A stretch of 63,986 bases of DNA, filler included, from Basidiobolus ranarum (Eukaryota): the NCBI GenBank assembly GCA_040143965.1. It is 6 parts of 6 records of this genome, joined end to end, with 100 filler letters (N's around TTAATTAATTAA, not from the genome) between each part and the next. Parts side by side here need not be neighbours in the genome. Positions count along the whole stretch, not along the records: positions 21,431 to 32,037 come from JASJQH010007564.1; positions 32,138 to 42,735 come from JASJQH010007565.1; 4 more parts are not named here. One strand, written 5' to 3'. A program made the translations under genes and the position numbers. Under the pieces are notes generated by a model that saw only the letters and a list, made by a program, of their open reading frames with translations, did not search any database and was not told the origin of the DNA. Position 1 is the stretch's first letter, and each line of letters opens with the position of its first letter. Below, piece by piece: positions 24,473 through 36,491 of the stretch.

Positions 24473-27400
24473 ATGGATGTAAGTATCATGTTTGAACGTG
24501 CCAACCGATCTCGCATAAAGCTTTGTTTGTTGCTTATATTACAAAGCTAATCAATCTTTATTTCCAACATAGGGTGTTTTAGATTTCTCTCGTGAACTTA
24601 ATATACAACTTTTAGATCAAGTTGTTGAGACCTTTTTCCTTGGAAAAGGCCAAGAGGTTTGTTCTGATCCACCATTGACTTCGCGGAAAATTTCTAACCT
24701 CTATGATGTACTTCATTTTTTACTCTACTTAGCAACGCATGGCTCAACAGGTCCTGACTCAATTCCAAGAACACCCGGAAGCTTGGACAAGAGTCGATGC
24801 TATTCTAGAAAACTCAAAAGCTGCACATACTAAAGTAAGCGTTCCCTTTTTCTACTCATACTCAACTAATTATTAAATTATATTTTCGTCTTCAGTTCAT
24901 TGCTCTTCAAATTCTTGACAAGCTTGTTCAAACTCGTTGGAAGGTTCTTCCCAGAGAACAATGCGAAGGTTTGTCCAATATGGTTTTAGATATCTGCTTG
25001 AATGCTTTGCTCAACTTTTTAGTTATATAGGGATCAAGAATTTTATTGTTGCTATTACTATTAAGCTGTCTTCTGACGAAGCCACTTTACAGCGTGAAAG
25101 AACACTACTCAACAAGCTGAACTTGAGTTTAGTTCAAGTAAATACGCTAGTAAATTGTATATTGTGGCTTCTTTATAGATGCTAATCCTGCTTTTATCTA
25201 GATCCTCAAACAAGAGTGGCCCAAAAACTGGCCTACATTTATTCCTGATATTGTTGCTTCTAGCAAAACCAATCTCGCACTTTGTGAGAATAACATGGCT
25301 ATCCTTAAGCTCCTTAGGTAAAGCATACTTGTCCAGTTTGAAATTTATTCTATAGTCATACTAATCATGTTTTTATACCAGTGAAGAGATCTTTGATTAC
25401 TCAGCCGAGCAAATGACTCAAGTCAAGACACGTAATCTCAAGCAACAAATGTGCGGAGAGTTTTCAGAGATTTTCCAACTATGCAGCGAGGTTTTAGAGA
25501 AGGCTCAAAAGCCTAGCCTCATCAAAGCCACCTTGGAGACTTTATTAAGATTCTTGAACTGGATTCCCCTGGGATATATATTCGAAACCAATATTATCGA
25601 CAGTCTTAGAGGCCGCTTCCTTGAAGTTCCCGCATTCCGTAATATCACCCTTAAATGTCTTACTGAAATTGGAGGCTTGACAGTCAATGAGAAGTATGAG
25701 GAAAAGTTCCCTGTTCTCTTTGAGATGGTCATGTCATCAGTTGTCAACATGATCCCTCCACACACTGACATTGCAGTAGTGTTTGAAGAGGCTTCGGACG
25801 AAGAGCAAGAACTTATCCAGAATCTTGCCATATTTTTGACTAGTTTCTTCTCTGTCCACTTGAAAGCAGTCGAAGCTCGCACTAGACCTGATATCTTGCT
25901 ATCAGCTCACAGATATCTAGTCAACATTTCTAGAGTTGATGATAGAGAGATTTTCAAAATCTGCCTAGAGTATTGGAACAAGTTAGTGGCCGAATTGTAT
26001 GAAGAGAGTCAACACCTAGCCAACATGGGTGCTCCTCTCCTCAATCTATCAGGAGGAGCCTCCAATGGCGCTCAAAGAAAAGACACCTACGCCGAAGTTT
26101 TATCACAATTGCGTGTGGTCATGATTGAACGAATGGTTAGACCTGAGGAAGTTCTCATTGTTGAAAACGATGAGGGAGAAATCGTTAGGGAATACATTAA
26201 GGAGACTGATACTATCACTCTTTACAAAAGCATGCGCGAATGCTTGGTTTACCTCACACATTTAGATGTTAATGACACTGAATCCATCATGACCACTAAG
26301 CTTGCCAAGCAAATGGATGGTTCGGAATGGTCATGGAATAATCTTAACAAACTTTGTTGGGCTGTTGGTTCTATTAGTGGTGCTATGAACGAAGAGACAG
26401 AAAAGAAATTCTTGGTCATTGTTATCAAAGATCTTTTAAGCTTGTGCGAAATGAAGAGAGGTAAAGATAACAAAGCTGTTGTCGCGTCCAACATCATGTA
26501 CATCGTTGGACAATATCCTCGTTTCTTAAAAGCTCACTGGAAGTTCCTTAAGACTGTTGTCAATAAGTTATTCGAGTTTATGCATGAAACCCATGAGGGT
26601 GTCCAAGACATGGCTTGCGATACATTTATCAAAATCTCACAAAAGTGCCGCCGTCATTTTGTTACCCAACAATCGGGTGAGGTTGTTCCGTTCATTGAAG
26701 AGATATTGAATACCATTGATCAAATCACTTCTGATTTGACTCCTCTGCAGGTACAAACTTTCTATGAAGCTGTCGGCTACATGATCCAAGCCCAATCCCA
26801 AAGAAACCTCCAAGAGCGTCTCATAGCCAAGTATATGGAGTTGCCCAACAGTGCATGGGATAACACCATGACTCACGCTCACTCCAACGCCGAGGTTTTA
26901 AGTAATCCTGAGACTATCAAACTTTTAGTCAATATACTTAAAACCAATGTGGCCGCCTGTATTTCAGTAGGTTCAGGCTATTACAGCCAACTCGGTAGAA
27001 TCTACATGGATGTCCTCAGTCTCTATAGAGCTGTGAGTGAGATCATCTCGGAATCGTTGAAGCTCGAAGGGAACATTGCGGCCAGTACACCTAAAATTCG
27101 TGGCATGCGTACCATTAAGAAGGAGATTCTTAAACTGGTTGAGACATACATTAACAAAGCCGATGATCTGAATGCTGTGGCTCAAAATATCATTCCTCCC
27201 TTCTTTGAGGCTGTTCTCGGAGATTATGGTAGAAACATCGACAAGGCGAAGGAGCCAGAAGTCCTGAGTGTTATTTCTTCCATCGTTAGCAAACTGGGAT
27301 CACTTTTAACTGATAAGATTCCTGCTGTCTTGGATGCGATATTTGAATGCACCCTTAGCATGATCAACAAAGATTTCTCCGAATACCCCGAGCATCGTTC

Positions 27401-28216
27401 TGGCTTCTTCAAATTAATACGCGCCATCAACATTCATTGTTTCCCAGCTCTCCTCAGCTTACCTGCTCCTCAGTTTAAGCTAATCATGGATAGTGTTGTT
27501 TGGGCTTTCAAGCATACCATGCGTGATATTGCCGATATTGGTTTGAGCATTTGTCTTGAGTTACTTAATAATGTTGCTTCTTCGGATTCCAATATCGCCA
27601 ATGGTTTCTACCAAGGCTACTTCCTCAGTCTACTCCAGGATATCTTTTATGTGTTGACCGATACTGACCACAAGAGTGGTTTCAAGCTTCAATGCGTAGT
27701 CCTAAGCCGCATGTTCCTTCTGGTCGATAATGGATCCGTTAGCGCCCCACTCTTCAATCCCGCTCAAGTCTCTAACCCCAGCATGACAAATAGCATGTTC
27801 CTTATGGAATATGTTTGCAATCTCCTTCAAACAGCTTTCCCACATTTAACTTCGTAAGAGTTCATAGTCTTCACTTTCATACTGAAGCATCATTCTAACC
27901 TTCCATCGATTCTAGTGCACAAGTACAAGGATTTTCCAAGGGAATGTTTGACTATGACCAAGACCTTCATAAGTTCAAACTCCACGTGAGAGATTTCTTG
28001 ATTCAACTTAAGGTATTTTAAAGAATTTTTCACCTTCATCTGTTTCCTTAGTAACCCATTCATCTTAAGGAATTTGCTGGCGATAACGCCGACCTGTTCC
28101 TTGATGAGCTCGAGGCCGAGGCTGAAGCCAAGAAAAAGGCCGATATGGAGGCGGCCATGAAGATTCCCGGCATGGTTAAGCCCTCCGATCTTCCGACAAT
28201 GGACGAAGAAATTTAA
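24473..28216 (+). CDS. CRM1: Exportin-1 (Crm1/Xpo1)
   Basis: [20 protein letters not shown]...; large exon with [38 protein letters not shown] and [11 protein letters not shown]-terminus [17 protein letters not shown]. Confidence 0.97.
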
Positions 28217-28883
28217 AGTCTTACGCATTTTTTTTCAATCCCCTTCCTTTCAACCTCTTCCTTGTTCTCGGATATTGCGTACCTTAATGAACACCCCTTG
28301 TATGTACTGCTAAAATGCTTTTAGATCCTTCTTTTTCAACAAATCTTCTTGATTTCTTTGAAACTTCTGAAAAGAAACCCAAAATCAATTGAAAATATAC
28401 ATATTTACATTATTATTTGGTTGAAAGTTGTTCGCAATTTTTCAAGATTGAGGGAGAAGGCTCAAGGCAAGTTTAACAGCATAAAGAAATGAAAATACCC
28501 CAATTATATCTAGTCTCCTACAACGATATGACTCATATTATGAGGGGATTCGGAGAACGTGAACAGAATTATGGGGAGTTTATTTTCAATTTTATTTCAA
28601 TTTTAGCTAATCGAAATGAAGCATTATAATAATACACAAGAAAGGAATCAACGTTTGGGTGAATAGAGATATAAGTTCTAATGAAGAAACGTGGGTCACG
28701 TAAACAGAAACTTTGGGTAAAGCATGAAATGTGGTTTGTTCTAGTGGAAGATTTCTACTTCGGGCGAAGAAAAGAAAGTAAAATAACTTGCTAGAACTGA
28801 TTACATTGGAATCTTCTAAAGATATTTCAAGTATTGAGGAAAGCGACTCCTACGAGAATAAATTCCCCAGATGTTATTTATAC

Positions 28884-29993
28884 TTAGATATCAATATCAT
28901 CAGCCATCATACTACCACCCAATTGAACCTTCTCTCCAGGTTTGAAAGCTGGCATACCCATATAAGGACAGCTACCACAACGGAAAGCATCTCCCAAGTA
29001 GCAACTACCACAAGAGGAGACAGGGGCGGGAGTAGGAGCAGGAGCCCTCTTCTTCTTCTCTTTCACCTCCACCTCCTCGGAGAGACCACAGGAGCAATTC
29101 TTGCAGGCCTTCTTTTTAGTGCTACAATCATCTGGCTTGGCTAAAGAATTAGGGTCGGGTTTGGCAAGATCATCTTCATCCAAAAGATCATCCTCGTCTT
29201 CCAATTCTTCATCCTCTTCGTCATTAGCACTAATTTTCCAAACGGCGGCTCTTTTAGTAGCTTTAGCAGCTGCCTTCTTACGAGCGAAAGGTAAAGAGGC
29301 GACTGCACCAACTTCATATGCAGGTTTCTTAGCAACCACCTGTAACATTTCCAACTTTCCTTGAAGATATTGATGAGCGGAATCTTTATCGGTGATATTC
29401 CAAGTATTTTGAATATATTCATTTAACTCTTCTTCAGCTAAAATTCTACTGTTGACTTCCACATCGATGAAACCATTGATTTTAAGCTCAGATACAATAT
29501 CTTTAGCAGTACGGTTGATGGGAATGCCAGCTTTCTTATCATTCTCATCAATTAATACTGGTTCGTGAAGAAAGAGACGACCACCGGGAAGTAAAGCCCC
29601 CAATAATTTTCCCAAGATAGCGGAGGTATGGCTAACCCCAGAAGGCTGAAGAACACCAGTCAAGATGGCATTATAGATAGGTGTAAGATAAACTAAAAAA
29701 GCACCAAATAAGTATGTATGTTTTTGGAATATATTGAAGCAAAGTAAAAAAGAAATAAGAGGAAACCTTTTGAAGTCATAAATAAACGACTTGCAAAAGA
29801 AAAACCTCCTCTTTACTCTAGGTTATTTGGAAACTAACTTACGTATAGGAATACGATCAAACTGCTCAAAATCCACTTTACCACTGGTGGTAACTTTACT
29901 GTCAAGTTCAGTACGACATTGCTTTAAAGCATCCAGGTTTACTTGTGGATTTCCAACCAAAAGAACTCTATCACCAGCAGTAACTTCAAACAT
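28884..29993 (-). CDS. DRE2: Fe-S cluster assembly protein Dre2 / anamorsin
   Basis: [14 protein letters not shown]...FDRIPI|VYL... with one ~150-nt intron. Acidic linker, then Cys motifs [13 protein letters not shown] and [17 protein letters not shown]. Confidence 0.95.
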
Positions 29994-30953
29994 GACCAAG
30001 TAATTTTGCGATATTTACTTTCAACTAAGATAGAAGGGGATAAACTTTTAAAAAGACCAAAGGGAGCCTATTTAATATGAAATGGGAACAAAATCAAGTC
30101 CAGTAATAAAAGAAAATCTTTCTAAAATTTCTTCCCAAGCAATTTCTAAATACGTATTTTATTCTTCAATGTAATCAAAATAATTTTCGGTATTTGATTA
30201 ATAATCCTGAGTTTAGCAAAATATTGGGAGGGGGCCCATTAAATTCACATGAAAGATACCCTTCTTAACGTTATTTACATGAGTCTTTATTGCGGTAGGT
30301 GCCTAGCCAATGGTCTAGAGCTTATCTCAGTCACCATGTATATATATCCTATGTTTCAATGACGACAGATAACACTCCGATGATCTGATAACAAATACGG
30401 ACTAAACAAGACGATTCAGTGGTGATTAGTCAGTTTACATAGCACAGAGCATACAGTACTACAAAGCAAAGCACTGCCACCAAGCAATACTAAGAGCACG
30501 ACTAATCCTTGAATATTATGTATATAGAGAGTATAACTTACTCCGGAATACTTGATTCATCTAATGCAACCTATTACTAGTTCTAATTGAGTGTATCTAA
30601 TTGAGCGGATTGTAAGGATATTCGAACGGTGATTTGAGTGTCAGGGTTAGGGTTAGGGTATGAACTAATGGATGATTATGAGTGACATTAGGCTAATCAA
30701 CCAAAGCAAATAAGTCCGAGGTATATATATAGTCTTATTGACGAGGGAGAGGATTTGCACAATCCTGAATACAATAATCTAATATAGGATTAACATTACC
30801 TTCTTGATAGAGTTCTCAAATCATCTGATTCTTGCCTTGAAATAAGAATCAGCTACAGTATTTAAGACGAGCTTACCACCTATGCCTGAATGAAAACTAC
30901 CACTAGAAGCACAAAGCTATTTTCATCATCGAGCAATACTTCAAGACGGAATG

Positions 30954-31275
30954 TGTTGAAATTAGCATTGCCTAAACATCCATATAGTCATATATAGCTT
31001 AGTATTTAGTTATTCTATATTGAATTAAGATATCACCCACTATTCGATATCGGAATTTACTTAGAAGTTTGAAGATATATAGATTTTGATAACTTATGCT
31101 AGAAGCCCCAAACTTTGCACGCATATTTCTGGGACTTCCTTAACACATTTTACACGTTTATTTGCTTACATATTGACAAAACTATAAATGTCAACTGAAT
31201 ACTCAATAAGTGAAAACCATCAATTCTTCTAGTTCTCCAAACCACCTCCAACAAACTCTCAAAATACTTTAATGT
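30954..31275 (+). repeat. Solo LTR, copia family A
   Basis: Starts TGTTGAAATTAGCATTGCCTAAAC, matching the LTRs at 45707 and 48647. No internal domains adjacent. GAATG occurs on both sides (30949-30953, 31277-31281) as a possible TSD. Confidence 0.85.
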
Positions 31276-31899
31276 GGAATGTGTTATCCAAAAGTTCCGA
31301 GTTTTCATTATGTACAAGGACACACTTCTTACTGTAAAGCAAATCTGCTCATATACACCCACTCATTTTCTCTGGCTTGCCATCAAGTGATTGAGTGATG
31401 GAAATAGACGATTAATTGAAATGAATTCAATCAATAGTGAACAAAAGGGAGGAATGCCACGGGGGAGTCAGCATCAGTAAATTGAGATTATCAGCCAGAT
31501 TTGGAAATTCAATAAATTCTCATCTAATAACAGTGACTTTCAATAAACATCAGATACGTCACAATCAAGCCGATATCTAAGTAAACCCGAGGGTTTTGGA
31601 CTGCCGAGATACCAAATATGGTACCATTGTATGAGAAAACTGGATATTTTCTTCTCTTTTTAAACTAGTTCCTGATCAAAGTGGTGGAGAAACTGTTACA
31701 TGTGCGTTTTATGAGGACAAAGGATGTCTAGATCACCATATAGATTGCATAGTCCCATGATTATCTTGCAAGATTATCTGAACCCAAATATGCAATTGAA
31801 CCCGTGTGAGATAGAAAAAAATTCTCACGAAAGTGTATATATTCTACGTGGATCCGAATTCGGTACCTACACGTCGATCTCTGTATCATTCTTCTATCT

Positions 31900-32037
31900 A
31901 TGTCTACTATTGCTGAGTTAAAACGTCAAGCTTACGGAAAGGCCAAGGTCAGAGTTACCAAGGCTATCCGTCACACTGCTCAATGGAATGACATTGTCGA
32001 ACTTACTTGTGAGGTTCTCCTTGAAGGTGACTTCGAG
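31900..32037 (+). CDS. UOX: Uricase (urate oxidase), N-terminal fragment
   Basis: MSTIAELKRQAYGKAKVRVTKAIRHTAQWNDIVELTCEVLLEGDFE. YGK..VR and V.LEGDF are uricase N-terminal signatures. Truncated by the gap. Confidence 0.9.
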
Positions 32038-32137
32038 NNNNNNNNNNNNNNNNNNNNNNNNNNNNNNNNNNNNNNNNNNNNTTAATTAATTAANNNNNNN
32101 NNNNNNNNNNNNNNNNNNNNNNNNNNNNNNNNNNNNN
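32038..32137. other. Artificial contig spacer
   Basis: 44N + TTAATTAATTAA + 44N. Confidence 0.98.
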
Positions 32138-32426
32138 CGGTCTGTGCGATGCTTTGTGCCAGACTCTTCTCTTCTGGATTCTTGGCTCACTCTCCAACGA
32201 CTCCACCGTTCTTGCTCAGTATGCTGGTTATGCTAAAGCTATTCAATCGGTCGGTGGTGCGATCTCATGGAGAATCGATGCTATTGGTACAGCCTTCCTT
32301 ACCCAAATGATCCTTAACTGGGCCTTGTTTGCATTCTCAGTTCCATTCACCTACTTCCTTGTACGTGGTATCAAGGATACTAATAATGTTGATGAGAATG
32401 AAAGCAAAATTGAAGCCTCTGCTTAA
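32138..32426 (+). CDS. UNC93-like MFS transporter, C-terminal fragment
   Basis: GLCDALCQTLLFWILGSLSNDSTVLAQYAGYAKAIQSVGGAISWRID...NW...IKDTN is typical of the fungal UNC93-like MFS C-terminus. Confidence 0.8.
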
Positions 32427-33109
32427 ATTTTAATTCGACCAATATCCTCTTCAAAAAGAGCAAGTTTATCTTAATACTCATGTATTACTTCTGTACTATT
32501 AGTTTAATAAAAAAACAATATCACATAAACCAAGTTTTTGGCATAGGAAAGTGATTTCTCTTGGTGATGTAGTAAAGTGATTTCTCTTATTGTCTTTTAG
32601 GATTAGGTTTCATCAAAGTTTAGTAATCTAAATTGTGGGCTGTGGGCTTAAATGATACACATATGTATGCTATATAATCACTGGCCAAGTGAAATATTTG
32701 TTGTGGTATTTAACATAAATATGAGTCTTTTGAAGAGAAATATGATGGTGTTTATTTACTTACATCAATGCTCAGTGCGGAAAGCTGATTGCATGTGATT
32801 TTTTGTCGATATTGCTTAACTCTTTGTTTATATTCCAGAGTTGATTGATTGATATCGAACTCTCTAGATATTGGGGTGAGCAACATGCCTACTCTGATTC
32901 AATTTGAGGGTAAATTGTAAATACCAAAATTGGGATGGAACAGGGGAGGGGAGGTTATTGTTTTGAAGTGTGTGTTTATATTTTATGTACGTAACAATTT
33001 TTTTTTCGTTTACCTACAATATCTCTTGAATTTCACTATAACCTTGTTCACTTCGGTTTTCCCAACATACATACCAAACTTTACAACTGTATCAACTAAT
33101 TTTGTCAAC

Positions 33110-36100
33110 ATGGAAGTCAACGAACAAAACCTCAACGCTCTTTCAGAATACCTCAAACAAACACTCGATCCTAACACTAGAAGACAAGGTAAATATTACA
33201 TTCGTTTCCAATTTTCTTTTGTTTGTTTACTAATCTTACCAATTATTTTTTTCTTTACTCTTTCTATTTAGCCGAACAATATCTTTACTCAGTTGAAAAA
33301 AACCCCAACTTTTCCTTATTATTATTGACTTTGGTAGAAAACCCAAGTGCTGACCCCAGTGTTCGTTTTGCTGCTGCTTTACTTTTCAAAAATTTCGTTA
33401 AACGTAATTGGGAACAGGTAACTAACTTTCCTCACTCCAACTCCATTTCGTTTTGCTCAACAGCATTTATTCTAAAGGAAGGTGATAATACCACCATTAA
33501 TGAAACGGATAGAACCGCCATCAAAACCCGAATTGTCGGTTTGATGATTGGGGTCCCTGCAAAGCTTCAAATCCAACTTAGTGAAGCTTTGTCTATTATT
33601 GCTGACAGTGATTTCCCTGAAAAATGGTCTAACCTTATTCCGGTATGTACATATTTGAATACACCGATTGATTAGACAATCATGCTTACATTCTTTGTTT
33701 CATAAAGGAACTTGTTTCAAAATTAAGTCCTACTGACTTTAGCATTAACAACGGTGTTTTACAAACCGCTCATTCAATCTTTAAGAGGTGAGTTAACAAT
33801 GTCAAGTGTTTTCCAAAACGAAATTTCCTAAATGGCTTTACTTCTAAACAGATGGAGATCCCAATTCCGTACTAATGAATTATTTACCGAAATCAAATTT
33901 GTATTGGATCAATTTTGTGAGCCATACTTGCAGTTGTTTAAGGTAAGTCTAAACTTATCGCACACTTTCTATTCAATGATTCTAACTTGAGTTTACTTAG
34001 GCTACTGACGCTATGGTAGAAAGTAACGCTAATAATGGTGAAGCGTTGAAAGTACTCTCTCAAACAATTCTATTGCTCGTCAAGATCTTCTACAGTTTGA
34101 ATTGCCAAGATTTACCTGTCTTCTTTGAAGATCACATGCCCGAGTTTATGGGTCTTCTTCACAAATACTTGAACTACAATAATCCTCTCTTGGTATCTGA
34201 TGACGAGGATGAAGCTGGTCCTTTGGAAAAAATCAAAGCCAGTATCTGTGAGAGTGTTGAATTGTATGCTCACAGATATGAGGAAGACTTTCCTATGCTT
34301 CCCAAATTCGTTGAGACTGTGTGGTCTCTACTCACTGTCACCAGCTTAGAGCCCAAAAATGACTTACTCGTCAGTAAAGCTATTTCTGTGATCACAACCA
34401 TCGCCAAACTTCAAAGACACCGTGACCTATTCTTAGTCGGCGATACCCTTAAAAATATGTGCGAGAAGATCATCTTACCTAACATGAGCCTCCGTACTTC
34501 TGACGAAGAACTGTTCGAAGATGACCCCATCGAGTATATTCGTAGAGATTTGGAGGGTTCTGATAATGATACCCGTCGCCGTGCCGCCTCTGATTTGGTG
34601 CGTGGTCTCTTGGAGCAATTCGAGAGTGCAATTACCTCCACTATGTCCAATTATATCTCCCACTACCTTCAGAATTACAACTCCAATCCTACTGCCAATT
34701 GGAAGGACAAAGATACTGCGGTTTACCTCTTGATTTCGATTGCCTCGAAGCATTCAAGCACTCAACACGGTGTCACAAAAACCAATGACTTCATCAATGT
34801 AGTAGAGTTCTTCGCCAACAATGTGCTAAAGGACCTTCAGGCTCCATTTGGCTCTGTTCACCCTATTCTCAAAGTGGATGCTCTGAAGTATCTGTACACT
34901 TTCAGAAACCAGATGAACAAAAGCGATCTAGTCAATTGCTTCCCCCTTTTGGTTACTCATTTAAGCTCAGATAATTACGTCGTGTATACCTATGCCTCCA
35001 TCTGTTTGGAGCGTATCCTATTTATGAAGAAGGAGCGTACGATTCTTTTCAACGCTAAAGACATTCAACCTCATGTCGAAGGAATTCTCACCAACCTTTT
35101 CAAGCTCATTGAACAAGGAGTCACCCCAGAGAAGTTGGCAGAAAATGATCATCTTATGAAGGCTGTGATGAGAGTTATTTTGATCAGTCGCGAGGAGATC
35201 ATTCCTTATGTTAGCGTTGTTCTTAACAAACTTACCAACATTGTCAGCATTATCAGCAGAAATCCCAGTAACCCTCGCTTCAATCACTACGCCTTTGAAT
35301 CCATCGGCGCCTTGATCAGATTTACTTGCAGTGCCAATCCAGCTGCCATTGGGGACTTTGAGGCCTTACTCTTCACTCCTTTCCAAAGCATTTTGCAGCA
35401 GGATGTGACAGAATTCACCCCATACGTGTTCCAGTTGCTATCTCAAATGTTGGATACTCATCAAGAATCCGAATTGCCAGTTGCTTACCAGTCCATGCTT
35501 ACTCCATTGTTGCAACCCACATTGTGGGAGCAACAAGGCAACATCCCAGCTCTCTCTCGCCTAATCCAATCCTACCTCAATAATGGGGCCAAGTTCATTG
35601 TAGTTCAGAACCAATTGACCCCCATCCTTGGTATTTTCCAAAAACTCATTGCTTCCAAGTTGAACGATACACACGGATTTGAAATCCTTAATGCACTTGT
35701 CCGTAACGTCCCTATCGCCACTTTGAACAGCTACCTTAAAGCTGTGATCACTTTATTGTTGACCCGTCTTCAAAGCAGTCGTACTCCCAAGTTCACCAAA
35801 GGATTCGTTTATTTCATTTGCTCATACATTGTAGTAGTAGACCCTCAAGGTTCATCCAACTCCATCTTCGAATTATTCGATTCGATTCAACCTGGTTTGT
35901 TCTTTGAAATCGTGAAATCATTCTTGGTGCCCGAAACTCAAGCCATTCACGGTATGGTGGAACGTAAAGTGGCAGCTGTTGCTATGACCCGCATGCTTAC
36001 CCAATCAACTACCATGTTGAACGAACCATACTTCACCCAATGGACGATTGTGTTAGACGTGATCATCCAAATCCTTCAATCCCCTCAAGAGGTAGCCGGT

Positions 36101-36367
36101 GATGAGAATGAAGATCTCTATGCCATTGATCTTGAGGAAACTGGCTACCAAGCCTCCTTCTCTAAACTTGCCACCTCAAAACAAGCCACTCACGATCCTG
36201 CATCCCACATTCAAGATCCCAAAACTTACCTCAGTCAAAACCTAGCCAAGGTTTGTCAAGCCAACCCCAATAGAATCTCCTCCGCTATTCAACAAGGTCT
36301 TCCCAAGGACTCTATGAATGTCCTTAGTAGTTACCTCCAAAGCGCTGGCGTTGGTTCATTGATGTAA
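33110..36367 (+). CDS. CSE1: Exportin-2 (Cse1/CAS), importin-alpha re-exporter
   Basis: MEVNEQNLNALSEYLKQTLDP..., FKNFVKRNW, IADSDFPEKW, LNCQDLPVFFED, ELFEDDPIEYIRRDLEGSDNDTRRRAA and NPSNPRFNHY. Five 5'-clustered introns. Confidence 0.96.
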
Positions 36368-36491
36368 ATTTTACCGAAATCTATCCAATATGGAATAAAT
36401 CCCCTATTCATTCACAAGCATATTTATTATTGTATTTTAATCTTCATTTATAATGGGGGTTTTTCTCATTTATTATGGGGAATGTGAAAGG

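Noticed and set aside
26430-26475. Leptomycin-resistance change in Crm1
   Set aside because: The reactive Cys is retained ([12 protein letters not shown]), the ordinary state
7101-28707. Shared 12-mer GTCACGTAAACA at ~7101 and ~28696
   Set aside because: Many chance 12-mer matches are expected in 64 kb, and the two contexts differ
30641-30658. Telomere-like TCAGGG-TTAGGG-TTAGGG
   Set aside because: Only two perfect units, internal position, no subtelomeric context
32548-32588. 15-bp direct repeat AAAGTGATTTCTCTT
   Set aside because: A single short local duplication; not CRISPR-like and no associated element
15040-35287. Numerous overlapping and antisense ORFs inside the transporter, CRM1, DRE2 and CSE1
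   Set aside because: Shadow ORFs arising from codon bias of the real genes
24473-36367. Apparent nuclear-export cluster (CRM1 and CSE1 within 10 kb)
   Set aside because: The genes lie on different contigs separated by an artificial spacer, so adjacency reflects size sorting
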